Shown here: in pieces, positions 9,845-19,302 of the stretch | Numbering within the stretch: the stretch's first letter is position 1 | Layout: each line of letters starts with the position of its first letter | From: Vulcanimicrobiota bacterium | GTDB taxonomy: Bacteria; Vulcanimicrobiota; Vulcanimicrobiia; Vulcanimicrobiales; Vulcanimicrobiaceae | DNA: 64,000 bases | Assembly: GCA_963833095.1 (NCBI GenBank) | Contig: CAWHWQ010000001.1 | Span: 384,001 to 448,000 of the forward strand | Direction of reading: 5' to 3' | Made by a program: the position numbers and the translations under genes | Notes under the pieces: generated by a model | What the model saw: only the letters and a program-made list of their open reading frames with translations | What the model was told of the DNA's origin: nothing | Database searches by the model: none

Positions 9845-9981
9845 TGACACGACTTCTTTACCGATGCGAACGCTGTCGTTTCGAGTTCGCGAGCACCGGC
9901 AAGGTTCGGCCCACGCCAACCAAACTACCCTGCCCAGTACCCGGCTGCACCGGCACTGGCGTGCTCTCCAATCCTGCTTGA
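9845..9981 (+). CDS. small zinc-ribbon-like protein
   Basis: MTRLLYRCERC...CPVPGC; GAGGAGG upstream of the ATG. Confidence 0.45.
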
Positions 9982-10011
9982 CCATCGGGACGACCGTGCT
10001 GCGCGTATCGA

Positions 10012-10905
10012 ATGAGGCTACATATGAGTATCCGCGATAAGGCTGTGCGAACGCTATTCGGTCTCGCCTTGTTCTTCGCTGTGGGGCTCACTTTATCAAG
10101 CGCGGCTACGCCGCCGACGCCGATTCACGTCATTGTGGATTCCGCTCGCTCCATCCCCGTTACGGTGCAGAACTCTACTCATCCCATCCCCGTCGCGGCA
10201 CAAAGCCCCGCGCTCCCCATCCCCGTTGTAGTGCAAAACTTTCCGTTGCCAGATTGGACTTCGGTGGTTACCGCCATCGGGACTGGGGTGTTGGCCCTGG
10301 GTATTGTCATTGCGCTATTGCAATTTCGTCAAGACCGTTTATTCAATCGCGTTCTACAAACTGGCGGTCTAATCAAACTGTGGAGTAAAAACAAGTACTG
10401 GATTGCCAGGAGTCGCATCGACAAGGATTATGACCAAGGGATAAATCGTCAGAGGGTCAACCGCCTGTACGTGGGTGTGAAGCGATTCAAAGGTTTCAAA
10501 GCATTCCGCGAGTTGGAAGTTGATGTGTACAACTTCATTGAGGAATCGACTCGGATGGCGGAACGAATGGATATTTATATTAGCCGTGGTGTTGCCGACC
10601 TGGGTCTGATTGCTGACCACCTTGGCTATGATGTGTTGGAATTGTACTACTGTATCCAGGATGTTCTTCATGAACGTGCCTTGACTGAGGATTTGAACTA
10701 CGAAGGCTTTCGTGATTTGTCCCTTCGCATTCAGCATTATGCTCGTTTACACAAGGATGTTGACATACGTGACGAGTTGGTTTGGGCGGTCTTTCCGCCG
10801 TTGCCATACCGTGGTGGTGACGAATCCGAAGGCTATCGTACGTCGCGCTTCTATCGTTGGCGCTTAAAGCTGGCGCGGCAGAAGTTCATGAAAAAGACTG
10901 ACTGA
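10012..10905 (+). CDS. membrane-anchored hypothetical protein (possibly DUF4760-like)
   Basis: Signal peptide, repeated (P)IPV-x-xQ units, one TM helix, AT-richer helical C-domain. Confidence 0.65.
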   Translation: MRLHMSIRDKAVRTLFGLALFFAVGLTLSSAATPPTPIHVIVDSARSIPVTVQNSTHPIPVAAQSPALPIPVVVQNFPLPDWTSVVTAIGTGVLALGIVIALLQFRQDRLFNRVLQTGGLIKLWSKNKYWIARSRIDKDYDQGINRQRVNRLYVGVKRFKGFKAFRELEVDVYNFIEESTRMAERMDIYISRGVADLGLIADHLGYDVLELYYCIQDVLHERALTEDLNYEGFRDLSLRIQHYARLHKDVDIRDELVWAVFPPLPYRGGDESEGYRTSRFYRWRLKLARQKFMKKTD

Positions 10906-11028
10906 GCAAAAAGGCGCTCTGTTATCGGTATCAATTCGGCCTCACAATCGACCTATAGAGTTTCGTTAGGGCGAGCGAGCCAATGGGATCATGGTCGAGC
11001 GGTGCTTCCGATGAGGAAAGGAACGAGA

Positions 11029-11518
11029 ATGAAAAGCAGATTTGCTAAGGCACGCTTCGCGCTCGCTGCTGCACTGTTGTTCGTCGTCGCACCCGCGAGG
11101 GCAACAACGTCCGTAACGATGGACGGCGTGTGATGGCAAGAGCTTCCCCCAACGTAAAAGTTTACGTGGTGCAGGGCATGATTACGGGTCTAGCTGAAGG
11201 CCACAACAGCGGCTGGGCCGATGGGGAAAAGTACGTCCGTGACACCTACATCACTTCGTCGCAGCAACGACTCGCGATCCTTCAAAAAGGCAAACGAAGA
11301 AGCTGATGGCCGGGACAAATGCAGAGGCGGCCAATGCTCCTGTATTTTCTAAGGCTTTCGGAACATACATTGACGAACTCGACACCTGGTATGAGGCCCA
11401 CCCGAAAAGGACGATTATCCGGCCTATCGTCCTTTTGGACCAGTGCCTCGCTGACAACGCTACTTTGCCAGCGATAGGACTTTCTTGCGACGACCTCGGG
11501 AAAGACTTCGACAAATAG
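11029..11518 (+). pseudogene. degraded secreted-protein gene
   Basis: SD plus MKSRFAKARFALAAALLFVVAPARA signal, in-frame TGA and frameshifts, continuing into ORF 11306-11518. Confidence 0.55.
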
Positions 11519-11824
11519 GCCTTCGGCCCAGGCGTCCTCAATGTCAGAAACAGAATCGCATCATAGCCGTGACAGTGCCCGCACAGCGTCATCGGGGACG
11601 CGGACCGCGTCTCGAAATTGCGGCCCCTACAGTGCTCTTCCGGTGTGCCGGATAAATCCAGGCCGTCGTCAGCGCTGATGGAGCCTGCAGCGCGGTTACC
11701 CCGGGCAGCTAGCGCGCTCCAGGCTTGCGCAGGATTGATACACGGTTGATGATGGGCGTTGAGGGATTCTGGGACGATTCGGCCCACGTATTGATTAGAG
11801 GCCGGGCTTTTCGAGGTCGGTTTT

Positions 11825-11958
11825 GCGGTGGAGCAGTCCGGTAGCCGTTTCGGCGGCGGCCGAAATGCGCGGCGTTTTCAGGCGAATGCCGTAGAAAACG
11901 CATAGTCGTCGGGCTCATAACCCGAAGGTCGCAAGTTCAAATCTTGCCCCCGCAACCA
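11825..11958 (+). pseudogene. interrupted tRNA-fMet copy (attR plus D-arm half, 60-nt insert)
   Basis: GCGGTGGAGCAGTCCGGTAGC + insert 11846-11905 + TCGTCGGGCTCATAACCC...GCAACCA. Confidence 0.8.
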
Positions 11959-11963
11959 AAACG

Positions 11964-12006
11964 AACAGGTCCAAAACGGGAACATTGTTGGACCTGTTTC
12001 TTTTTC
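11964..12006 (+). terminator. intrinsic terminator, homologous to 5750-5790
   Basis: AACAGGTCCAA...TTGGACCTGTT then TCTTTTT. Confidence 0.75.
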
Positions 12007-12015
12007 GCAGCCGCA

Positions 12016-13707
12016 TCAAGTTGCGGCGGCGAGAGCACTCAAGCGACGCTGCAACAACGCGTTTTCTTCGCGGATCGCGTCAGTTTCAATCGCGGCAATG
12101 GCGATTGCAATGGCTCCGGCGATATTGGCAACGGCTTTGTCGATATCGGGTGGAATCGCCTCTCCGCCCGCGCGGTCGCCAATGCAGAGAACGCCAACGA
12201 GGCGACCGGCGAGGATCATGGGATAAGCCCGCACGCCAGGGAATGCCGTCGCTAGATCGTGCAGATCCAGAGGCTCTTGATGACCGCGCATATCGGCGCA
12301 CGCGGCGTCGTTCTCCTCGATCTCTGCGGGAGCCTCAGGCCATGACGATCCTGCTTTTGCGAGGGCGCCGTTCGCTGCCAAGTAGACGGCGGTCCCGTCC
12401 ACGAGTGCATACTGGCCTACCGTGTCCAAGGTGTCGCGGATGAGCGGCTTCGTCGACGTATAAAACTGCGCCGTCGTCGCATACCGCACAAGAGCCAACT
12501 CCTGCGCATGCCTCGCGCGGAACAAGATATTGTCTACGGCGCGGTCGACCCGAGTATGCACGACCCGCGCGCTGACGACCACCACGAGGACGATGATAAA
12601 ATCTACAACCGCACTTTCTACCCGCGTCAACGCCAGCAGGTACCGTTCGGCGAAGAATTCGAGCGCCGCGAACATCAGAATTAAGATCGCCGAGGTCAGC
12701 GCGTACACCACCGTGCGATTCAGTACGAACTCGATATCGAAGACACGGTGTTTGAGTATGGCATACGTCACCGCAATCGGAATCAGGTCGAGCGATATCG
12801 TGGTGTAAATCAGAAATACGGTAAATGGTATTCTTCCGAGCGAAAAGGCGATCATGGTTATGGCATAGCCCACGCCGCCGATCATGATCGCCGCAAAGAC
12901 GATGCCGACGCGGGCGCGATCTTCCGGTTTCGCAAGACGCAGCGAAAGCACCGACGCGCAAAGAAGCACGAGTGCCCACAAGCCGCACATGACGGCATAA
13001 GCAATTTGCGATCGTTCGGCGATGACGTCGAGCAAGAATCCGGCGACAACGATCGCATCGACTACGCGGATCGCGCGGAGCCTCTGCGGCGAGGGCGCGG
13101 TACCGGGAAGGCGAATCGCAAACGACGCGAGCACCAAGACCGGGAAAATATTGCACAGGTCGCGCAAGATCCAGGCGATGACGGCGAAGACGGGCGCCGG
13201 CACCCAGAAGAGCTGTGCGGCAAAACTTGACCAGCTCAAGCCGCCGCCGCCGAGGAACAGGATCAAGGCGAAAAGCATTGCGCTCGGACGACGGTATCCA
13301 AGATACCCCACAAGTAAGAACGCGAGCGCAGCTGAAAGCGCCACAAAGATTCGCTGCGAAAGGTCGGTAACGCGCGGAACCGTTTCTCGAACGGCGATCA
13401 ATTGGATTCCCGACGGCGTCTCCAATGGCACGCTCACCATCGCGCCTTTCGCACCGTAGCGCAGCCGTATGCGGTCTACCCAGGGGATGACATCGAGTCG
13501 AACGTGCGCCCCCGGCACGATACCGAGCGCCTGCATTTCTGCGCTCGCCCTCGTGACCGTCGCCGCTCGCCACAAGCCGGGGTTGTCTAGTTCAAATGCC
13601 GGATGATAGGCGTCTGGTCCGATGGATACGGCTAGAACCATGGCAAGCCACGTTAGCGCAAAGGCGGGCAGCAGAACACGCGCTGCCCTCTGACTGGACT
13701 CGCTCAT
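12016..13707 (-). CDS. multi-pass membrane sensor-like protein with C-terminal GAF-like domain
   Basis: Many TM helices, YAILKHRVFDIE...NRTVVY motif, GAF-like PMILAGRLVGVL; no kinase or cyclase domain. Confidence 0.75.
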   Translation of the reverse strand: MSESSQRAARVLLPAFALTWLAMVLAVSIGPDAYHPAFELDNPGLWRAATVTRASAEMQALGIVPGAHVRLDVIPWVDRIRLRYGAKGAMVSVPLETPSGIQLIAVRETVPRVTDLSQRIFVALSAALAFLLVGYLGYRRPSAMLFALILFLGGGGLSWSSFAAQLFWVPAPVFAVIAWILRDLCNIFPVLVLASFAIRLPGTAPSPQRLRAIRVVDAIVVAGFLLDVIAERSQIAYAVMCGLWALVLLCASVLSLRLAKPEDRARVGIVFAAIMIGGVGYAITMIAFSLGRIPFTVFLIYTTISLDLIPIAVTYAILKHRVFDIEFVLNRTVVYALTSAILILMFAALEFFAERYLLALTRVESAVVDFIIVLVVVVSARVVHTRVDRAVDNILFRARHAQELALVRYATTAQFYTSTKPLIRDTLDTVGQYALVDGTAVYLAANGALAKAGSSWPEAPAEIEENDAACADMRGHQEPLDLHDLATAFPGVRAYPMILAGRLVGVLCIGDRAGGEAIPPDIDKAVANIAGAIAIAIAAIETDAIREENALLQRRLSALAAAT

Positions 13708-13754
13708 GCGGATACGTTCGTCACGTATCGAACCTGCACCGCCCTTACCCCGTG

Positions 13755-14099
13755 CTACGTGAGCGGCGAGAGATGCTTTGGTTCGTACAGGCCGAGCTTG
13801 TCGCCACTCGGGAGTTCGAGCGTCGTCACCAAACCCCAGCCGCGGTCGGCGACCGGTGTCGTTTTGATTCCCTTTGTCTCGAGCTGCGCTACCGTCGTGG
13901 CGATATCGTCGCAGATAAGCCACAGTTCATGTTCGGGGTCGTCTTCGGTTTCATGGACCCCGAGTTCGGTCGGCGGTGCGGCGAAAAAGAGTCGCCCGTT
14001 TCCCGCATCGACATAGCGCAGGTCGAGCACGTCCTTGAGAAAGGCGTACATCTCTTTAGCGTGTTTGGTGTAGAAGATCGCGTGCATCCCAGTAATCAT
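13755..14099 (-). CDS. VOC/glyoxalase family protein
   Basis: HAIFY...ELWLICDDI...DRGWG...LYEPKH. Confidence 0.85.
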   Translation of the reverse strand: MITGMHAIFYTKHAKEMYAFLKDVLDLRYVDAGNGRLFFAAPPTELGVHETEDDPEHELWLICDDIATTVAQLETKGIKTTPVADRGWGLVTTLELPSGDKLGLYEPKHLSPLT

Positions 14100-14143
14100 G
14101 CTGTAGGTTTGGGTGGCCGGCCACCTAATATCCTAGCCGCAGG

Positions 14144-14839
14144 ATGATGATCGCGGCTATGGTGCTCGCCCTAGCGACAACGCTTGAAACGCAACTCGTC
14201 GCGCAGATCCAAGCGCGCCTCGACGCAATTACAAGCGGCGATAAAGCCGTCTGGGCGCGCGACCTCGACGATTCGGCGCTGCTCATGGACGAGGAGGGGC
14301 ATGTTTCGACCAAGGCGCAGTTCCTCGCCGGCCTCGCGCCGCTGCCACGAGGTTTCACCGGCTCGTTACATGTAACGCGGCCGCATATCGCCCGAACCGG
14401 CGATGTGGCGGTGATCGCATTCATCGCCGACGAGCACGAAACGATCTACGGCCAGCACTTTCAAGCGCAATTCGGGATGGTCGACACCTATCATCGGGTT
14501 GGCGATCGGTGGCTGCTGCTCTCCGACACGCAGACGCGTCTGCCGCTCGATCCGCCCGTCACCCACCTCACGACGGCACAAGCACAGCGCTACGTCGGGC
14601 GCTACCAGATGCTCGCTGGGCCGCTGGTCTTTGCTGTCACGATGGCCGGCGGAAAACTTCTGGGCGGACGCGAGGGATCGGTAGCGATCCGGATGAGCGC
14701 CATCGCCGATCAACCCAACGCGTTCTTTCGCGAAGGACGCCCCGGCACGCTAATCTTCGTCCCGGACGCACGCGGAAGAATCGTCAAAGTTATCGACCGT
14801 CGCTACTATAACCGCGATATGATCTACCAACGAATCTAG
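14144..14839 (+). CDS. NTF2-like (DUF4440) domain secreted protein
   Basis: DEEGHVSTKAQFL...GDVAV...DRWLL; C-terminal RYVGRY domain. Confidence 0.7.
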   Translation: MMIAAMVLALATTLETQLVAQIQARLDAITSGDKAVWARDLDDSALLMDEEGHVSTKAQFLAGLAPLPRGFTGSLHVTRPHIARTGDVAVIAFIADEHETIYGQHFQAQFGMVDTYHRVGDRWLLLSDTQTRLPLDPPVTHLTTAQAQRYVGRYQMLAGPLVFAVTMAGGKLLGGREGSVAIRMSAIADQPNAFFREGRPGTLIFVPDARGRIVKVIDRRYYNRDMIYQRI

Positions 14840-15044
14840 GGACGTGGATCGCACTCGGTAGGCACACATCCCACAGCGCGAAACACATGGGCCACGAGTT
14901 TCACGTCGGTGGGATCGTCTCCCCACATGAGAACGTTACTGCCCGCTTTTGGAAGCGCGATCAAAGCTCGAATAAAACGCCGCGTGCCGAGCTTTTCAGC
15001 CAAAACCGCGGCCGCATCCCGACCCGCTGATCTTCAGCGCCCGG

Positions 15045-15266
15045 CTAGTGACCACGCATTTTGCGCTTTACGGCGACTAGCTCGGCTTCAGTGAGGTGCT
15101 TGACCTCATCGACGCCGGATACGATCTTTTCATTTGCGGTCATGCTATCGCCCGCCGTTGCGCGCCGGGCATGCTCGGCGTCCGCGGCATACCGATGCAG
15201 CTTCTCGTCGACGAGGTCATGAACGTTTCTCGTCTCTTTGGTCAGCTTCTGTCGTAGGTCTTTCAT
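15045..15266 (-). CDS. small hypothetical protein
   Basis: 73-aa charged helical ORF in an intergenic gap. Confidence 0.55.
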   Translation of the reverse strand: MKDLRQKLTKETRNVHDLVDEKLHRYAADAEHARRATAGDSMTANEKIVSGVDEVKHLTEAELVAVKRKMRGH

Positions 15267-15432
15267 GGCGCAAGCGTAGCCGAGGCGAGAGGCGCTTGCT
15301 ATAGCGGAAAGCCCGGTCTTTCGACGTCACTTATCGCGCATTCCGCGATGTCGGTCCTGACGCTGCGATGCTACCCTATGGGTGCTCCCCCATGATTCCG
15401 GCGGAGCCATCCATCGTTGAAAGCGTTACGCC

Positions 15433-15822
15433 ATGGCCCGCATCTGCTGCTTGGCCGCAATCGACCCCGACCACGTTCCCCTGCTCAGCGCGGCGCTGCG
15501 AAATGCCGGTGAGTCAACCGTTGCGATCGTCGTCCGTCTCGACGTCGCCGAGCTAAGTAAACGGGCGCCTGATGTCCTCGTTGCCGACGTTGACCGCCTC
15601 GTCGTTGATCCGCTCGAAATGATACGCCAACTCCGTTTCGTGCTTCCCGCATGTATCTTGATCGTCTATACCTCCGCGATGGGGCAGGCCTGGGCGCGTG
15701 AGTGTCATCTCGCCGGCGCCACCTGCGTCCTTTCCAAAGACTCGAACGAATGGCAACTAACCAACGGGATACGGCACGCCACACAGGACGGGTGCTGGAC
15801 CGATCCGCGGTTCGCCGCGTAG
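15433..15822 (+). CDS. stand-alone atypical receiver-domain protein
   Basis: PDVLVAD, ILIVYT, AGATCVLSK. Confidence 0.7.
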   Translation: MARICCLAAIDPDHVPLLSAALRNAGESTVAIVVRLDVAELSKRAPDVLVADVDRLVVDPLEMIRQLRFVLPACILIVYTSAMGQAWARECHLAGATCVLSKDSNEWQLTNGIRHATQDGCWTDPRFAA

Positions 15823-15823
15823 G

Positions 15824-16201
15824 CTAGGGCAGCGGAAGTTCTTCGATGGCGTCGACGCGATCAGGATAAAAGGCGAGATAGTCTTTAATCTGCGCGACCG
15901 CGTCGTACGGCGCCTCGTACGTCCAGACGGCGTTCGCGCGACGCTCGCCGCCGACGCGAATGCTAAAATACCCCGCTTCGCCCTTATACGGGCAGTACGA
16001 TTCATGATCGGCCGGCTCGAGCAGCGACATGTCAGCATCGGCGCGCGGCACGTAGTACACCGATGGATAGTCGCTTTCGCGTAGGGTCAGCGCGGCGTGT
16101 GTGTCGGCGACGACACGTCCGGCGACGACGACGCGAACACGGTTACCGCTCGGTTCGATCGTGATCGGGTGTTCGGCATTCGGGATTTTCATCGTTTTCA
16201 T
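15824..16201 (-). CDS. DUF427 domain protein
   Basis: YYVPRAD, YCPYKGEAGY, AVWTYEAP. Confidence 0.9.
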   Translation of the reverse strand: MKTMKIPNAEHPITIEPSGNRVRVVVAGRVVADTHAALTLRESDYPSVYYVPRADADMSLLEPADHESYCPYKGEAGYFSIRVGGERRANAVWTYEAPYDAVAQIKDYLAFYPDRVDAIEELPLP

Positions 16202-16944
16202 AGCGCAGTTTTTCCTCCGTTGACGTCGATGATCTGGCCGGTGATGAACGAAGCTTTTTCCGAAGCGAGGAAAACGATTGCGTTTGCAATTTCTTGCGGC
16301 TCGCCTGCGCGCTTCATCGGCACGCCCGCGATCAGAGTGGCTTTCCGGTCAGCAGTGCCGGTAAACCGGGTGAGCATCTCGGTATCCACCGGACCGGGGG
16401 CAATCGCATTGACCCGCACACCATAAGCAGCGGCTTCAAGTGCTGCCGCTTTCGTAAGACCCTCGACGGCGTGTTTACTCGCGGTGTAGACCGACGCGCC
16501 CGGCGCGCCACGATGCCCCACCGTCGATGAGAGGTTGATGATGCTCCCGGATCCCTGTGGTTGCATCACGCGCAATTCGTGTTTGAGGCTTAACAGCGTG
16601 CCCAGCACATTCGCATCGAACGTGGAGCTGTAATTTTCGACGGTCTGGCCGGTGATCGGGCCGGTTTGCCCTTCGGTTCCCGCGCTGTTCACCGCGGCGT
16701 CGAGCCGGCCAAAGCGCGCGACAACGCTGTCGACGACGTCGCGCACATCGTCGTCATTGCGGACATCGACGCGGAAGAACTCCGCTTCCGCGCCGAGCCC
16801 GCGAAGCTCGGCGACGAGTGCACTCCCAGCGTCGTCGCGCCGGCCGGAAACGGCGACTCGCGCGCCTTCCTTCGCAAAAGCGATGGCGGTTGCGCGACCA
16901 ATGCCGCTGAGCGCTCCGGTAATAAAGACAACTTGCGATTCCAT
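16198..16944 (-). CDS. SDR family oxidoreductase
   Basis: TGALSGIG, NSAG, YTASK. Confidence 0.93.
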   Translation of the reverse strand: MESQVVFITGALSGIGRATAIAFAKEGARVAVSGRRDDAGSALVAELRGLGAEAEFFRVDVRNDDDVRDVVDSVVARFGRLDAAVNSAGTEGQTGPITGQTVENYSSTFDANVLGTLLSLKHELRVMQPQGSGSIINLSSTVGHRGAPGASVYTASKHAVEGLTKAAALEAAAYGVRVNAIAPGPVDTEMLTRFTGTADRKATLIAGVPMKRAGEPQEIANAIVFLASEKASFITGQIIDVNGGKTAL

Positions 16945-17032
16945 ACCGTCCTCAAACAGCGCAAAGCCGCTGTTTGGCTGCAGCGGCCCCCACGCGGTCA
17001 CGCAATTCGCCCGCTCACCGATATACATTGGT

Positions 17033-17470
17033 ATGTGGAGAGCTCAGCGAGCGCTGGCAGTGATCCCGGCCGTTGCCATCGGCGCAGCGATGTGCCTTTG
17101 GCCGCACCTCGCGGGCGCGCAAACGACCGGCAGTGTTCGCGGCTTCGTCCGGTCGCGGGGCGAGCCGCAGCGTGCAATTGCCAATGCAGACGTCCTCATT
17201 AAAGGTGCGACGGCTGTTCGCACCGTTCGAACCGACGCGCAAGGCTTCTTTATCGTCTGGGATCTGCCGCCAGGGCGCTACGCCTTCGGCGCCATCAAGG
17301 ACGAGTACAACCCGGCTTGGAGCTCTATCTGCGTCCACGCAGGCGGCAACCAATACATAAACATACCGCTATCCCAGTCGCTGGGGGGATTCTATTCCCA
17401 ACCTTACTCGATGCGTTTTCGACCGGATCCGTCGCAGACGGTCGATCTCTACAGCCTTGGTGACTGCTAA
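17033..17470 (+). CDS. secreted carboxypeptidase-regulatory-like domain protein
   Basis: Signal peptide; TGSVRGFV...TDAQGFF...LPPGRY. Confidence 0.75.
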   Translation: MWRAQRALAVIPAVAIGAAMCLWPHLAGAQTTGSVRGFVRSRGEPQRAIANADVLIKGATAVRTVRTDAQGFFIVWDLPPGRYAFGAIKDEYNPAWSSICVHAGGNQYINIPLSQSLGGFYSQPYSMRFRPDPSQTVDLYSLGDC

Positions 17471-17533
17471 GGCATTGAAGATGGCGTAGTTCTACGGACG
17501 CCCGCGCCCGGTGCCGGCGGCTACAGTCGGCAC

Positions 17534-18103
17534 ATGGACATCATCATCGCGCTCGTCTCCTACGCCGGCTGCATCCTGGTCAGCCTGCTCGTCGCCGACT
17601 TCATCACAGGGCTGATGCACTGGGCCGAAGACACCTGGCTGAAACCCGGGAAATCGGCCCTCCTCGACCGATTCATCGTCAACGACAATATCGACCATCA
17701 TCGGTCTCCCGGCAAGATTCGAGCCGGCGCATACTGGCAGACGAACCGCGTCTGCATCGCCCTTGCCGCCGTTGTCACGGCAATACTCATATTCTGCCAC
17801 GTCCACATGTGGGAGCCGTATCTCGTTCTCGCGCTGCTCTCACAATCCAACCAAGTTCACATGTGGGCGCACAGCTCGCGGCCCCCGCGACCGGTGCAAC
17901 TATTGCAGCGCACGGGTCTGCTGCAACCGGCCGCGCATCACGCCGAACACCATAAGCGTCCCTATGCCTCGCGCTTCTGCAGCATGACCGCGTTTCTCAA
18001 TCCGGTGCTCGATCGCATCCACTTCTGGCGCGTGCTCGAAACCATCGCGGTCACCTGCGGCGCCACCGTGCAACGCGCAACGCCCGCCCGCGGAGGATAC
18101 TAA
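17534..18103 (+). CDS. CarF/TMEM189-family lipid desaturase-like protein
   Basis: DFITGLMHWAEDTW, DHHRSP, HMWAH, HHAEHH..PY...FC, LNPVLD. Confidence 0.85.
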   Translation: MDIIIALVSYAGCILVSLLVADFITGLMHWAEDTWLKPGKSALLDRFIVNDNIDHHRSPGKIRAGAYWQTNRVCIALAAVVTAILIFCHVHMWEPYLVLALLSQSNQVHMWAHSSRPPRPVQLLQRTGLLQPAAHHAEHHKRPYASRFCSMTAFLNPVLDRIHFWRVLETIAVTCGATVQRATPARGGY

Positions 18104-18104
18104 G

Positions 18105-18425
18105 ATGTGGACTCGTGTCGGATATGCCGTCGTCGGTGGGATCCTCGCGGCGGCGGCGTTTGTGGCGGTGATCGTAGCTTTCGCCGCATTCGATCGCTGC
18201 GGATGGGACTGGACGCTTTTTTTATCCGGAGTTGGCGTCGTGTTTTTATCGCCGGTGGGCCTGTTCGGCGTCGGCCTCGGCGCGGTGAACGGCTACTCTA
18301 CCGGGCGCAAATCGCTGCTCGTCGCGGGTTCAATCCTAGCAATAGCCCTTTTAGCCATCGGCACAACTCAAGCGATTCCAAATTTCAATCAGCCCGATGC
18401 ACCGCGCTGCGAGATGCATCTGTAA
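18105..18425 (+). CDS. small 3-TM membrane protein (tandem paralog 1)
   Basis: MWTRVGYA..., three hydrophobic helices, two Cys. Confidence 0.7.
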   Translation: MWTRVGYAVVGGILAAAAFVAVIVAFAAFDRCGWDWTLFLSGVGVVFLSPVGLFGVGLGAVNGYSTGRKSLLVAGSILAIALLAIGTTQAIPNFNQPDAPRCEMHL

Positions 18426-18444
18426 GCATCGAACGGAGATCAAA

Positions 18445-18768
18445 ATGTGGACTCGTGTAGGTTATGCGACGGCCTCGGCGATACTTGGTCTCCTCGCGAT
18501 CGCCGCCGCCATCTTTGCTTGGGCGTTAGCCGGACGCTGCGGGCCCGAAGGTGCCCTCGAGTTCGTAGCTGTTCTTGCAATGCTTCTTTCTCCGGCTCTT
18601 CTCGTCTTCACAGCGGCCTCGTGGGCCATCGGCTACAACGCCAAACGGAGAGCCCTGGTTATCTATGGGATACTTTTTGCGCTCGCGCTTGGAGCGGCGG
18701 GTATCGTTCAAGCCGTACCGCACTACGACAGTCCGCCGGATAGTCCGCAATGCGGCATCGATCTCTAA
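18445..18768 (+). CDS. small 3-TM membrane protein (tandem paralog 2)
   Basis: GGAG SD; MWTRVGYA..., same architecture as paralog 1. Confidence 0.7.
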   Translation: MWTRVGYATASAILGLLAIAAAIFAWALAGRCGPEGALEFVAVLAMLLSPALLVFTAASWAIGYNAKRRALVIYGILFALALGAAGIVQAVPHYDSPPDSPQCGIDL

Positions 18769-18777
18769 GCTTACCTC

Positions 18778-19167
18778 TTACGCGAGGGCGACACACTCGA
18801 TTTCGATATCGAAGTCCAACGGCCAATCGCCGACCGGCACGAAGGTGCGGGCCGGCGGGTTGCTCGGGAAGAAGCGGGCGTAGACCTCGTTGATCGTACG
18901 ATAGTGGTCGCCCGAGGCGTAGACATGGACCATGCAGATCTTATCCAACGATGAGCCGGCGCTCTCCAGGACGTGCTGGAGGTTGCTCAAGCACCGCTCC
19001 GTCTGCTCGGCAATCGATCCCCGCACGAAGCGCCCGGTCGCCGGGTCGATGGGCGGGGTTCCCGAGACGAAGATGAACCCGTTGGCCCGCACCGCAGCCG
19101 AGATCGGGACCCCGTTGGCCCGGCTGACCTGGGAGATTCCGGGGACCTCGATGACCTCACGTTGCAT
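18778..19167 (-). CDS. RidA/YjgF family protein
   Basis: FIFVSG, INEVYARFF..PPART, IEIEC. Confidence 0.9.
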   Translation of the reverse strand: MQREVIEVPGISQVSRANGVPISAAVRANGFIFVSGTPPIDPATGRFVRGSIAEQTERCLSNLQHVLESAGSSLDKICMVHVYASGDHYRTINEVYARFFPSNPPARTFVPVGDWPLDFDIEIECVALA

Positions 19168-19190
19168 TGATCCAGCCTTTCTGGTATAAA
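19162..19190 (+). promoter_or_regulatory. sigma70-type promoter of his leader
   Basis: TTGCAT-17 nt-TATAAA with extended -10 TG. Confidence 0.65.
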
Positions 19191-19201
19191 GCTACAACAC
19201 C

Positions 19202-19267
19202 ATGTCAGTATTTCAGGCCCACGTCCATCATCACCATCATCACGGACTCGCGAGTCGCGTGCGATGA
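19202..19267 (+). CDS. hisL: his operon leader peptide MSVFQAHVHHHHHHGLASRVR
   Basis: 7 His codons (6 consecutive) directly upstream of a terminator and hisG. Confidence 0.9.
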   Translation: MSVFQAHVHHHHHHGLASRVR

Positions 19268-19302
19268 CTGTTTGACGTAAGCCTGAGATCCAAGAAGTTC
19301 AG

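Larger units (their letters stand above)
5746..11957. mobile_element. decayed genomic island integrated in tRNA-fMet (no integrase left)
   Basis: 52-bp direct repeat 5694-5745 = 11906-11957; visibly lower GC in parts; truncated and orphan genes. Confidence 0.85.
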
